A stretch of DNA of 64,000 nucleotides from Octopus sinensis (Eukaryota). Location of the stretch: the NCBI RefSeq assembly GCF_006345805.1, contig NC_042997.1, positions 144,584,001 to 144,648,000 on the forward strand, given 5' to 3'. A model generated the notes under the pieces. It ran no database searches, was not told the DNA's origin, and was given only the letters and a program-made list of their open reading frames with translations. The position numbers and the translations under genes are program-made. The stretch's first letter is position 1. Each line of letters starts with the position of its first letter. Positions 62,891 through 64,000 of this stretch are shown in pieces.

Positions 62891-64000
62891 TATAAGTCAG
62901 TACATTTGAAAACAATATGTTAGTATATCAAACACAAGCAAGAAGTTTAAAAATTTCTTTTGATATTGTAGTCATCGCTGAAGCCAGTGCCACATGTGTG
63001 GGTTTTTTTTTAGCATGTGCGTGTGTATGTGTGTGTATGTGTATGTGGGTGTGTATACGTGTATGTGTGGGGTTGTGAGTGTTAGGTATGTGTGCATTCG
63101 TGCGCATGTGTGTGTACATGCATCTATATGTGTGTGTGTATATATATTGTGTGTGTGTGTATCTCAACCCAAATCATCTCATTTCACCTGCATTGCTAAC
63201 TCAGAAAGGGCATGAATGTCACAGACTCTCATTTTCCCCACAAGATGATAGATTTAATGGAAGAGGGAGATAGTGTGAGAGAAGTCTCTGTGTGTTTCTG
63301 TCAATGAGTGTATGCATGTGTGTGATACAGATGATTGTATGTGCTTATGAGATTCCACGTGCGTGCGTATGTGATAAGAATGCGTGTGTATGTGTATCAC
63401 AAGTGAGTGTGTGAATATGTGATGTGTGTGTAAGTATGTGGAGAATATAGGTTTATGTGATGAGTATAATATGTAGGTGTACAAATGAGAGAGAGAGAGA
63501 GAGAGAGCGCGTGTGTGTGTGTGTAGGAATAATACATAATTGCTATATGGTATTTGTTTTTGACATTTACTGAAAGGTGATTTTCCGTTTAAATGTCTGT
63601 ATTGAAGCTGTCTACTGTGCAATAAACCAAAGAAGGAATTAATGATGCTGATATTCCTTCAGGATGTCTTGAAGTAGGTGGAACCTATTCATTCTCTCTC
63701 TCTTTCTCATTTGTTCCACATCTGTTTTTCCTAGCTTGCAGAGGTTACACACATACACATTACCGAGGCTTTGCTTTTCAATCGGATGCTTTCCCTGTCA
63801 CTAACCTTTACCTATTTTTACAAATTATGGATTTTCCCTTCTGCTCATCTTTGAAAGCATAAAGACACCAAACAATTCATTAACAAGGAAATGACAACAA
63901 GCAACACCATTTATAGCAGAGGATATTTTTCATGTTAAACATAAACATTCATACAGACACATAGCTACTGATAAAGGGTATACATCCAGAAATATTAAGT

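Overview
AT-rich eukaryotic (animal) DNA, about 64 kb, mostly repeats. It contains no prokaryotic features and no long genuine ORF. The SINE/RTE-tail families and the (TA)n, (ATT)n and (CAT)n load look like an octopus (coleoid cephalopod) genome; this is recognition from memory, not a database result. Contents: (1) many copies of at least four short retroposon families, labelled A-D here; (2) decayed transposon remnants: a Naiad-type Penelope-like element (PLE; RT plus GIY-YIG) at 23.4-25.9 kb, mariner at 16.5-17.5 kb, Tc1 at 37.5-38.3 kb, RTE fragments, R4/Dong-like fragments in a TAA microsatellite, and several MITEs; (3) large compound micro/minisatellites; (4) a plausible 3-exon 3' end of an unidentified plus-strand gene (46370-53235) and weaker exon candidates. 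The most notable signal is about ten hammerhead-ribozyme (HHR) or HHR-derived motifs in four architectures. They include a 335-bp retrozyme-like tandem/inverted element (14077-14727), an inverted PLE terminal repeat, and two HHRs with complete cores (48498-48592 and 52891-52981) lying antisense in the predicted last intron. Almost all ORF-track entries are microsatellite or SINE artefacts.
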